From assembly GCA_030141605.1 (NCBI GenBank), contig JAQGDQ010000122.1:372001-436000 (forward strand): 64,000 nucleotides of DNA, given 5' to 3'. The notes below the pieces were generated by a model. That model was not told the origin of the DNA. It searched no databases and saw only the letters and a list, made by a program, of their open reading frames with translations. The stretch is from Tubiluchus corallicola. Lineage: Eukaryota > Animalia > Priapulida. Positions 53,762-64,000 of this stretch are shown here, piece after piece. Numbering within the stretch: the first letter of the stretch is position 1; every line of letters starts with the position of its first letter. Made by a program: the position numbers and the translations under genes.

Positions 53762-54598
53762 GTAAGTTTAAACGATTTGTACAAGATGTTCCAAACAGAA
53801 GCAGCGTGAAATATGACAGACGGAGCTCATAAAAAGAGCCTATGTTTTTGCTTTATGATTATTCCGATTTTCTTACCATATACTTCACTTCCCCATTGCA
53901 TTTTGTATTGGTGTGATTATAGCATTTATTAGTGTACCCTTTCTTTTGGAACACCTTGTATTGCCTTTCCTAATTTATAGTGTTGATTTTTTCTGCCAAA
54001 TACCATTATTACTAGGAAAATGCGAACTCAGTTGTTTAAACGCCTATCTGTACGTCTGTCACATTTCGCAGCGGAAGGGTATCGGGGCTGATAGCGCTTA
54101 AAGCTGTAAGAATAACATATCACTTTATGCGGCCAATGTGGTGGCAAAACGCCACGTTGTAAATAAACAAAACTGAGTTGATCTATATGGTTGAAGTACA
54201 AAGCTAAATGTGCTAGTTCGCATCTTAAAAGCGTTGCTATTGACATTGTATGATATTACTTAGCTTACTTGTACTCAAAAAAGTAAACTGCGACATAGGC
54301 ATCTGACATGGTATCATGAGTACAGTATCGTAATCATAACACATGGTAAATTGTTTATTGTGTTGTTTTGTATGGAAAAACGTGCAGTATGCAAATCCCT
54401 ATATCACCATGTCCACTTCTATTTTTGATGTTTCGATTAAGAAATGTTTTTGTACAGTTCACAGATTTCCAGTCACTAATCAGTCTTACTCAATATAAAT
54501 GTTTGTGGGGAAACTGGGATTTGATTTGTAAGGATACCCCTAGGATTGTTCAATAACAAATTTTTTGCATTTGAGCTTTGAGAATTTCTTTGTTCCAG

Positions 54599-54835
54599 TT
54601 GGACATGAGGAAGGTGAGAGCGAGGCTGGATGGATAGAGGGTGCTGCTATTCTCATTTCTGTGGCTGTGGTGGTGCTAGTAACAGCATTTACAGACTATT
54701 CCAAAGAGAAGCAGTTCCGTGGCTTGCAGAGCAGGATTGAGCATGAACACAAATTCTCTGTTATTCGTGGCGGCGAGGCTGTCCAGATACAAGTGGGTGA
54801 TATTGTGGTGGGTGACATCTGCCAGGTCAAATATG
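54599..54835 (+). CDS. PMCA: PMCA coding exon 3 (TM2, start of actuator domain)
   Basis: tgttccag| (F)[47 protein letters not shown]...[10 protein letters not shown](G) |gtaaaa; phase 1-1. Confidence 0.97.
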
Positions 54836-55385
54836 GTAAAAATGTCTTACATTACCAAATTTTGTTACTAGTTGGTAGAGGCATTAGCAATAAAGGAAGT
54901 CGTATATAACATACTGTGAATTATAGGTTATTTCGATAAGTCGAACGTCCTGTTGTTTACTTAACATGCTAAACAATTATGCTTAACTAATGATAATTTT
55001 ATTAAAGGAAAAGATGACTCTTTATGAAGCAGAACTTGAAAATTGTTCCTAAGTTCTTGGTTTGATAAGACATTATTTGGTATTTTAAAATTTTTATTGG
55101 TGCTTAAAAATTGAGTAAAATTGGCTCAAAGTTTGTTCTACCTTTTAGGAGTTTACATTCACTGGTAGTGGACGAGCTACAGCCTTGGTTTCGTAAACTG
55201 TAAATTTTGAATCAAAATTGCACTATTTACCTTGTATATTGTATAATTTTGTTTTTTATATAATCAGTTTTGTAGATACTGATGGGTTATTGAGGTGTAA
55301 CTTGCTACTAGTTAGGAACTTTTTATTTTATTTTTTTTAAGTATGTTCATGGCAGTTTATTAAAGATAGATATTTCATTGTTTAG

Positions 55386-55511
55386 GTGATCTTCTACCAG
55401 CAGATGGCATAATTATACAAAGTAACGATTTGAAGGTAGATGAAAGCTCACTGACTGGCGAATCAGATCAAGTTAAAAAGGGAGAACAACGAGATCCTTT
55501 ACTATTGTCTG
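55386..55511 (+). CDS. PMCA: PMCA coding exon 4 (actuator TGES motif)
   Basis: tgtttag| (G)[41 protein letters not shown](G) |gtaaat; 126 nt; not in the ORF track. Confidence 0.97.
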
Positions 55512-56745
55512 GTAAATATTTACCTTACGTGTGGTGTATTATTTAAGAAAAACACAAATCACTTAGCAATGTAGAGCTTATTTGGCTGTTATCACGTAAA
55601 CTCAGAAAAATATAACAAAGAAATTTACAATAAAACTGTCTATAAAGCATGGTGGATGCGTGATTTCTTTACTGCATCGGAACTTTCCATAAGCGCACTC
55701 TGCTTAAACTAATTCAAACTTTTGCAGCTTAATGTTCTTGCAAAAATACCACAATTGTTTTTAATTATTGTAGAAACTTATTATACTTTGAGAAAAATTA
55801 ACATTGTCTTGTTTTTCTTGATGAATGACATCACTGGTGGAAAAATGGGCATTCAAAATGGAAGCACCCAAGCGTTAAGCGGTCGCAACTTTAGAGTGAT
55901 GTTACTAATACACCGGGTGCTTATTACGCTTTTATTGCTAAATTGCTAAACATTGAAATAAGCCTAATTTTCCAGATGGCTTCCTTTTTCCTTTTACCAA
56001 TTAAACCATTACGTAATATGCAAGGCGTACCGAGTTCAATTATATTTGTGTTGCAGCTGGCATAGTATGTTGTTACTTCAGGTATGGTATCGCTAAAACA
56101 AAAATACGTGAATAATATAGTTAAACTTGAAACCATAAAGCATAGCAAGATATAGTGAAATAATTTTGGTGATGAATGACTTCGTAACTTCAAAAGCCGT
56201 CAAACAAGTATTGGTGAAAAGGTTATTAAGTTTAACACACATGGATTGGAAAAAGCACGAAATGGAAAACAGAAAACAAGGTATTTGTCGTCCTCGTGTA
56301 ATAGAAAAAAAAACAAAAACAAATGTTTTTCGAAACGTAATGTCGAACAAGCAGTGCTTGATTCGTGAAACAGAAGCAAGAAGTTTGTCGGCCGCATACA
56401 TTGGCCATTTCATGAAGCGCTAAATAACTGCAGGGCAACAAAACTAGTCATGGAAAACAAGTCACGCATGAAGAAAATGGCAGCCTTTATCGCCTTCATT
56501 ATAAAATACTGTTTTGGGCAGCATGTTTTAGTTTCTTGTATGGGGGGGTGTTCATTTTATGTGCACATATGGACGAACACGAAAACCCTGCAAGACACAT
56601 TAGCATGGTGTTTTTGTCATCTTCTTGCCCTGTATTCTATCTATATATAGATATGCTAGGCTTTAGATAGGAGCAGTTAGTTTGTATTCATAGAAAACTT
56701 TTAATATGACAGCACGAATAAAGTTGATATTGATCTACTTTGTAG

Positions 56746-56883
56746 GCACGCACGTGATGGAAGGCAGCGGAAAGATGTTAACTGTAGCAGTGGGGATAAA
56801 TTCCCAGACGGGAATTATTTTTACCTTGCTAGGTGCAGCTACAGAAGAGCAAACGAAGCAAACAAAAGAGAAAAAGAAAAAAG
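56746..56883 (+). CDS. PMCA: PMCA coding exon 5 (ends at splice site A)
   Basis: ctttgtag| (G)[45 protein letters not shown] |gtacgg; phase 1-1. Confidence 0.96.
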
Positions 56884-57218
56884 GTACGGACATTCATAAA
56901 GTGATTGTTACTAATTACAACAGTTTGATAATGAATATGATTGTGGTAATGATAATATTAACTGGATTTAATAATATTGTTATTTCCAAAACAATAAAGA
57001 AACTTATATTGAAGGTAACCGAACTTGTTTTTCAGCTTTTTTTCTTGGTATTGAATCTTGGCGTGGAAATTTGCGTTACCATTTTGTCCTGTAAAATTTC
57101 CCATTGCGTTTGTCCCTATAAAATCTACATTGGATCATATTTTCATCTTGTTAAATTCCTGGTTTTCTATCTTCTGGTCCAAATTGTGCACTTTGATCTC
57201 GGATGTCAAAGGTTTGTG

Positions 57219-57875
57219 GAGCTTGATTTTGAGACTCGAGCTTGATTTTGAGACTGGAGCTTGATTTTGAGACTAGAGCTTGATTTTGAGACTGGAGCTT
57301 GATTTTGAGACTGGATCTTGATTTTGAGGCTCGAGCTTGATTTTGAGACTCGAGCTTGATTTTGAGACTAGAGCTTGATTTTGAGACTGGAGCTTGATTT
57401 TGAGACTGGAGCTTGATTTTGAGACTCGAGCTTGATTTTGAGACTCGAGCTTGATTTTGAGACTCGAGCTTGATTTTGAGACCGGAGCTTGATTTTGAGA
57501 CCGGAGCTTGATTTTGAGACCGGAGCTTGATTTTGAGACCGGAGCTTGATTTTGAGACTGGAGTTTGATTTTGAGACTGGAGCTTCATTTAGTGACTCCA
57601 GCTTGATTTTGAGACTGGAGCTTGATTTTGAGACTCGAGCTTGATTTTGAGACTCGAGCTTGATTTTGAGACTCGAGCTTGATTTTGAGACTCGAGCTTA
57701 ATTTTGAGACTCGAGCTTGGTTTTGAGACTCGAGCTTGGTTTTGAGACTGGAGCTTGATTTTGAGACTCGAGCTTGATTTTGAGACTCGAGCTTGATTTT
57801 GAGACTCGAGCTTGATTTTGAGACTGGAGCTTGATTTTGAGACTGGAGCTTGATTTTGAGCCTTGAGCTTGATTT
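57219..57875. repeat. 19-bp minisatellite, ~34 copies
   Basis: GAGCTTGATTTTGAGACT(C/G/A) head-to-tail with no spacers; explains the periodic minus-strand ORFs 57151..57588 and 57585..57878. Confidence 0.97.
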
Positions 57876-57966
57876 CAAAATATTGTATAAAGAAACTCGG
57901 TACTTACAATCGCAGATGGTGTACTCATTTCAGACTTGTAAGCATATAATTTTTCTTGTAAGCACA

Positions 57967-58021
57967 TAAGCATCTAGGAAAAATTTCCTAGATTAAGCAT
58001 CTAGGAAAAATTTCCTAGATG
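57967..58021. repeat. 27-bp tandem duplication containing a near-perfect palindrome
   Basis: taagc-ATCTAGGAAA-aa-TTTCCTAGAT twice. Confidence 0.9.
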
Positions 58022-61000
58022 TGTTGATACTTAATTTACTAAGTGGCTCTGCTGTTAAGCTTGTTCGAGAACTTCACAGATGCCTGCTTAGTATTCCGAC
58101 GTTTGTGTCTGTTGTCGTTTCAAACAAGCATAAGCCGCCCTTAAGGCAGCATTCTTCAGTCCTGCATTGACGTTGTAAGCTTTGGTGGAATTTAACGCAT
58201 GCCCGTCATGTTTACTATACACTTTTTAAAGATGACAGCATTTCTGAACCTGATATTTCTGAAGCTCATTCTTTCTGAACATGTGGGTTCCAGAAATTGC
58301 CACTATAAGGGGCTGTTAGGGTGAAACCATATTCACTGTGTATAGTTTTGTGTAGTGTTAGCCATCTTTTATGAAAGTGAGTCTGGATGTCTCGTCTTCT
58401 CTCTAGAATGTATTTCCCAATGAGGCTATCCATACAGTTACTGCGGCACCCAGTTTTATAGCTTTTCTGCAGAAATGTGTAAGTTTTCGCCCTGTTTCAT
58501 GACTCTTAACATTTGACAAAAAATCGGCCATTTTTCTCCGTAAGAACTAGTTTTTGTTAAATACCTGTACGTCTTTGCTCACTACTTTAAATGTCAAAAT
58601 CTGAATCCACACTCGTGTCAGCTTCGTTTGTGGCTTAAAAGTTAAACGGTTCTGTCAGACGGGACGTAATCTTGACAATATCAATGTGAAATTGATGACT
58701 AAGATTTACAACAACACTTAAGCTGATTGGACCACCAATCATCTTGTACAGCTAGCTCGCAACTGGTTTGGTTTGAATCTGGACATGTTTACAGATAAAC
58801 ATGGTTTAGAAGATTGTCACTCATAAATGACAGCAAGAGAGAAACATCGTTAAGAAACAAGAGATTAACGTTGATGATGGTTATTTTCTGTCTGTTCAGA
58901 TTGGATTGGAGTGGATTGGAGAATGTACTGTAGCATTATTTAAAGTAGCCTACGCTGCATGACCATTTCTTGGCACCGTTAGTTACAAATTAATTCCACA
59001 TACTGTTGAGTAACCTGGACTAAAATACCTGTAAAACAGAAAAGTCAACTAGTCATATATTCCTTTCTGTATGAGGAAGACAGTTCTACAGAACTGAACA
59101 ACTGAGAATTATCGTGCTACTATCAGCATTTAGAAAACCTTGTGAGTTTGTTGCGCTGATGCAAGACTATAAAATTAGTGCTTAGCCATTGACTTTTTGA
59201 TGTTTTCTGCCTGCACTGCTTAATCAAAATGCACAAAGTCGATTTTGTGAATTCAGTTTCACACTGCTTAGCATAATTTATGAACTACTGATCATGTACA
59301 GTGATGAGCAAAGGAAGTAGCTGAGTAATTAACGGTGTTAAAATGGATGGCATCCAAACGTTGAGGCCTTGATAATTAGCCAGGCTCTGGTCCTGCCACA
59401 AACATGTAAACTAAGAAGGTATTGCTGTTGAGTGCTGGTCACTAGCTTGCAGTATGCTAATAGTTGTGGGTTAAAATGCTATGATGGATCAAGTTTCTGT
59501 TTCTCGTGAAATGAGCTTTGTGTTATATTGTCTATCTATTCTTTAGCTAATGGATAAACATTTATCAGTATGATTAACTAGACAAGCTCATTAGCTGCAG
59601 GTTTTTTACAACATTTACAGTCATCTTGCTTGTGGCAAATATGTATATATAGCATTCAGTTCCATGTATTGGTATTGATTTTCACTTTGTTCTGCAACGA
59701 AAGATTACTTAAAAGCTATAGATCGGAAAAATTCATTACATTTCTGGAGTAATGTTTGCATATGAGACACTTTTGTCAGTGATGTATATCCTAAACCTCG
59801 TAAAATTTTCTCGGATTCGACAGACGACACCCAGATACACAGTATTACCAGCCCAGCAGCGTTGATGCCGCACATGACCATAGTCTGATAACGTCGGGCT
59901 TTTGTCGGGGTCATTAAGTTGGATTATCGGCGCAAATTTCCCAACTTGGTAGATGGATTTTGTTAAAGTTCGTTTTATGAGTACGCTTAACGCCGAAAAT
60001 TCTCAAACGCTTCAAAGGACATTTTCCACCGGGATGTTTTTGTGAAGAATTATTATTGCCGCGTTATTCTCTCGGCTTGTTATTGTATAAATTGCTTATC
60101 AAACGAACGTTTCTCCTTCGGTATTGATTCAGTTTTAATTATTAGCCTTGCATGATTTTCTGTGTGTGATTGTGTGTTGTGTGTTTTTTCTTGATAATAC
60201 AGGGCATCAAAGCATCGAGCTCACTTGTTTTGTCATGCAGAAATTGTTTCAATTGTGCATGAGGACATTTGAAAGTTGTGTTTTTGAAAATGTTATTCGT
60301 TTAGGAGAATACTGCGGGCATTGGGATTGTATTGTTGAGAAAGTCAGAGTTTTATTGAAGCTTGTGAATAATTAATTGTTGATTTTCAAGCAAACTGATG
60401 TATATATGTATACAGGACTTTTGTGTGCTCATGTGAGCACTTTAAGGGTGCTGCCATGTTATCAACATTTTCATAGCCATCTTTTACCAAACATCGTGAA
60501 AAAAGTACGCAAATCATTGTCCAAGAAAGTGCAAGTACTGTCACAGTTAGCAGACTTCTTGCAGCGTTTTTGGACTGTTGATGTGAGACAATGGTTTCCA
60601 CTCTTGCTCATGATTTTGCTGGCTGTTGACTCAACTCAAATCATAAGTGTGTCATTGCCTTAGACATAATCTTAGCTTGTTTAAATTGACATTTACATTT
60701 TTCATGTTTTTCATTGTTTAGCATGCTGTAGGCTGATATCCAACACTAAATGAGAGGGCTTATTTAGCACATTTGGCAGAACAGTAATATAGTTTATCAA
60801 AGATAATCCTTAGTGAGCTACTGAACCAGTAGATATGTCTTCCATTTGGATGTGTATGTGTTTTCCATCAAAAAGATAAATGCAGATGCAGCTAAGAAGC
60901 TAAAAACACCTGGAGACAGTTTTACCAGTGATCACTCATCCGTTTAACTTGGTCGTAATATTGCTTTACTTTGGTCGTAAGTCACATGCTGTTACTACTC

Positions 61001-61367
61001 AGCTGACCGCTATGGATATTTTTACATTTTTTGCACATTGTGCTTGTTAAGTCGAAAACCTCTAGTGGTTTTTCTGTGTTGCAAATTACAGACAGCCGTA
61101 CTAACCTATATAAATTTAGGAATTGTGTTTTCCAAGAATTTACTTTATTTTAGATGTTGTAATGTTGTTTTGAGGCTGTCTCTCACATCTTGTAAACGAA
61201 TGAACATCTAATATTCTGAGGAAATAAAAACATATTATGGAAATTGAAGCTAGAAAATTGCATTTCTAAAATGTGTTTTTATTTTATTGTCGTCATAAAT
61301 AGTGGCTCTTTTTCTATTGACGAATTTGCTTTCCTTTCTTTTGCATGGCCGACGGTGCCATCTTTAG

Positions 61368-61409
61368 GCAAAAAAAGCAAAAATAAAGAGATGCAGGAAA
61401 TTCCGCAAG
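61368..61409 (+). CDS. PMCA: Candidate 42-nt PMCA splice-site-A cassette exon, (G)KKSKNKEMQEIPQ
   Basis: Pyrimidine tract (tttgctttcctttcttttgc), acceptor tctttag|, donor AAG|gtttga; phase 1-1, frame-preserving and stop-free after exon 5; Lys-rich. Confidence 0.6.
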
Positions 61410-62847
61410 GTTTGATGCTACTGATTACATGTGTATTGAATGCTTGAATGAATGATTTATTTGTATCTGTTTCTTTCTTTATCTTTCGACCCCAGAGAGC
61501 TTATTGCTTTGTAAAACGTATGACATGTCATACGTTGCCGGTGGAATGCCGTGCTACAGTACAGCATGATGGCAATGCATTATGAGAAAATATTTTTTCC
61601 TTAAATTTTGATTTTTGGACACGAGGGAATTGCGCCCTCCATTTGTAAGTCACAGTTCCCGTTCAAATGACTTAGGCAGTCATTTAGGGGAATTATTCAG
61701 GATTATTCCCAATTTTTTTGTTGCAGAAAAGTTTTTGTCATTGTTTATTTGCAAGTGTAACATTTCTTGCAGTGGTTGTCTTTGTTTATTTTCTACCCCC
61801 CATGTTTGTTGTTCCGTCGGGTTTAATTTGCAGTTTGCAATTTTATGATTTCCTAGGTAAGTTTTGCTTATGATAGATCACAGTGCCGTGCATGGAGAAA
61901 TGCAGTTTTCATTATTTTTTGGTGTAAAGAGTTTATTACACTGTGCTGTGGCAATGCATGCTTTATTTGTGCAAGTTGACAAACAAGAAGATGTTTTGTA
62001 TGGAATTATCCCGCATTGGCATACGTAATTATGCTAAAACTGGAATTGCAAAACATTTCACGAAACAAAATTTCAATTTTCTTTTTTTGTGTTTTTTGTA
62101 GCATACATGGACATCAGATTTAGTATGTTCTATTTCTTGTCTCATTATTTTTTCTTGTCCGTGTGCACCAGGCTTTAGCACTCTACGAAGTCTAAAATTA
62201 TGACTTTGAAAACATAAACCAGTTTTAGCATAATTGCACAATTATTTATATCAACAAAAAGATTCCCCATGAAGCCCTGACTGTTTTGTAAAGACATAGA
62301 ATTCGTTAAAATCTCTCATTAAAGGAAAAGACACGAATTTTCACTCCACCACTGTGGACTAACTTTAGGTGATAATGACAAATGATCACTAAATGTAACC
62401 CACCACAAACGGTTTGCGTGCATCAAACAGTTTGTTGCTAGAAGTTATTTACTTCTGTCCTGTGATCCTGTCCTAGTGCTTTTGTAACGTTTTCTGCTGC
62501 TTGTGTTCTGTGCAACGTACGCTGTTTTATGTGACTGTGTTCTTATGGTGTCTTCTGCTATTGATATTGAATGTGTTTACCTTACAAAACCAAATGTAAT
62601 AATTAAATTTTACATTTATTGCAAATGCAATTGTAGATTACAATTGTTAGTATTTTGTGATTGTCTCTGTCTTTTTTCACGTGAAGATGGTCTACAGTGG
62701 TAAGATTAAACACTACCTTTCTTCTTTTTTGTGGCATTTTTTTATGAATTTTCTCCATGTTATTAGGACATGCAACTCGGCGAATGACAAAAATTAAAAG
62801 TTTACAATGGAAATGATTAGTTTTTTAACAAAGTGCTTCATGGTTAA

Positions 62848-63468
62848 CCCTTTCACTACGTAGTTGCTTTTTAACAGGGCTGCTTTGGCTTCTGCACATT
62901 TGACAATAACTTCATGTGGTGTTTTACTAAAAAATAATATTGTAAATAAACAAATAACAGTCATATTATAAAACACTAATATTGAATGTTAGTTTTATTT
63001 GTATACATGCACACACACCCATGCACGTACACATGCACTCATGCACGCATATATGCACGTACACGCCCGTGCATATAGGACATACATATATTTAGAAGCT
63101 AATTTTCACAAAAGTCATATTACTGATCCATAATATGCAATTATTTTATAAGGATGCAGAATAAGTGACTAAACATGCGTTTCATCAATGATCTGCAAGT
63201 GATTTTGCATGGAAACAGACCATACAGTACAGTATTATGGAATGCACCTGGCTTTAGATGCTGATTGGCTGGTTAGCGTTACTTGTTGCAAAGCAATGCC
63301 AATCCCACCGCTGTTAAACTCTTCTAAATTGTTTTTGCATGACCGTAGCAGCAAAAATAAGCAGACCTGGGTAACTTAACTGCGCTTACCTCTGGCGGCA
63401 ATCTGTCACCTTCAGTTCCTTACAAGAAAAATGTAGGCGACAGTGTGCCGCCATCCGTAGTGAAAGGG
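62848..63468. mobile_element. piggyBac-type MITE, 621 bp
   Basis: Perfect 13-bp TIR CCCTTTCACTACG/CGTAGTGAAAGGG with TTAA TSD on both sides (62844-62847, 63469-63472); internal (RY)n tract at ~63000-63090. Confidence 0.92.
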
Positions 63469-64000
63469 TTAATCACATTCCATATAATCACTTGTTCTCC
63501 AGTTACTTATTTTCTCTTATCATGCCATTGTTTTTTTACCATGAACATTATCATGCCATGTTCGGTGTCGATATATTCTGCAGTAACTATGTACAGAGTT
63601 ATAGTAACCTTTTAACACAAAGTGCTCTAATGATGAAAAGAATCTCTCTAAACTGGACTAAAGATAAAATATTACTGTATTTCTTGAAGAAATTAACTTT
63701 TGTCAAATTTTAAATTTGTTATTGATGATGTTGTCGTGACTTTCAAAGTGTCTTGTGCTGTTGTGTCATATGTTATGTCATGTTATATGACTTAAAAAAA
63801 TCAAGCTATATTGTTGCGTTTCTATTTGTTTTGTAATGAAATTTTTTCTATCTGCGTTTTTCTTATTTACATCTTGTAATTTAGTATCAGTAAAAGTATT
63901 AATATTATACTTTTCCTGGTTGGCATTTTTTAAAAGCATTTAAATGAAAGAGCGAATTTGGAATTGTTTATTCTGACCAACAGTTACTGTACAATTTCCC

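Noticed and set aside
56884-57245. Hydrophobic extension of ORF 56706..57245 beyond PMCA exon 5
   Set aside because: Read-through into the intron past a good AAG|gtacgg donor; no PMCA similarity.
57151-57878. CRISPR-like array or Ser/Lys/Gln repeat protein
   Set aside because: Units are head-to-tail with no unique spacers, there are no cas genes, and the context is a eukaryotic intron; the ORFs arise from the 19-bp period.
60886-60945. Possible site-A exon DAAKKLKTPGDSF
   Set aside because: No pyrimidine tract next to the AG, no credible donor, and an in-frame stop follows.

Overview
AT-rich, CpG-depleted eukaryotic genomic DNA from an invertebrate animal, probably a protostome judging by the PMCA N-terminus. 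Three protein-coding genes are supported, all on the + strand. (1) A single-coding-exon, secreted, 8-Cys protein with DUF1499-like motif order (9870-10406). (2) An intronless 632-aa cadherin resembling the Cad99C/PCDH15 type, with about 5 EC repeats, eroded Ca2+-binding linkers and almost no cytoplasmic tail (32742-34640). (3) The first five coding exons of a plasma-membrane Ca2+-ATPase (PMCA/ATP2B; 43937-56883), plus a candidate 42-nt splice-site-A cassette exon (61368-61409); this gene runs off the right edge. Several orphan non-coding exon and promoter candidates between 11 and 40 kb suggest the cadherin may be nested in, or share leader exons with, PMCA. The rest is intron or intergenic sequence with hAT, Kolobok-like, Harbinger-like and piggyBac MITEs, MetaSINE-like and tRNA-derived SINEs, decayed LINEs, and micro/minisatellites. 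Family assignments come from motif recognition by eye; no database searches were run. No CRISPR array, rRNA or intact tRNA gene was seen.
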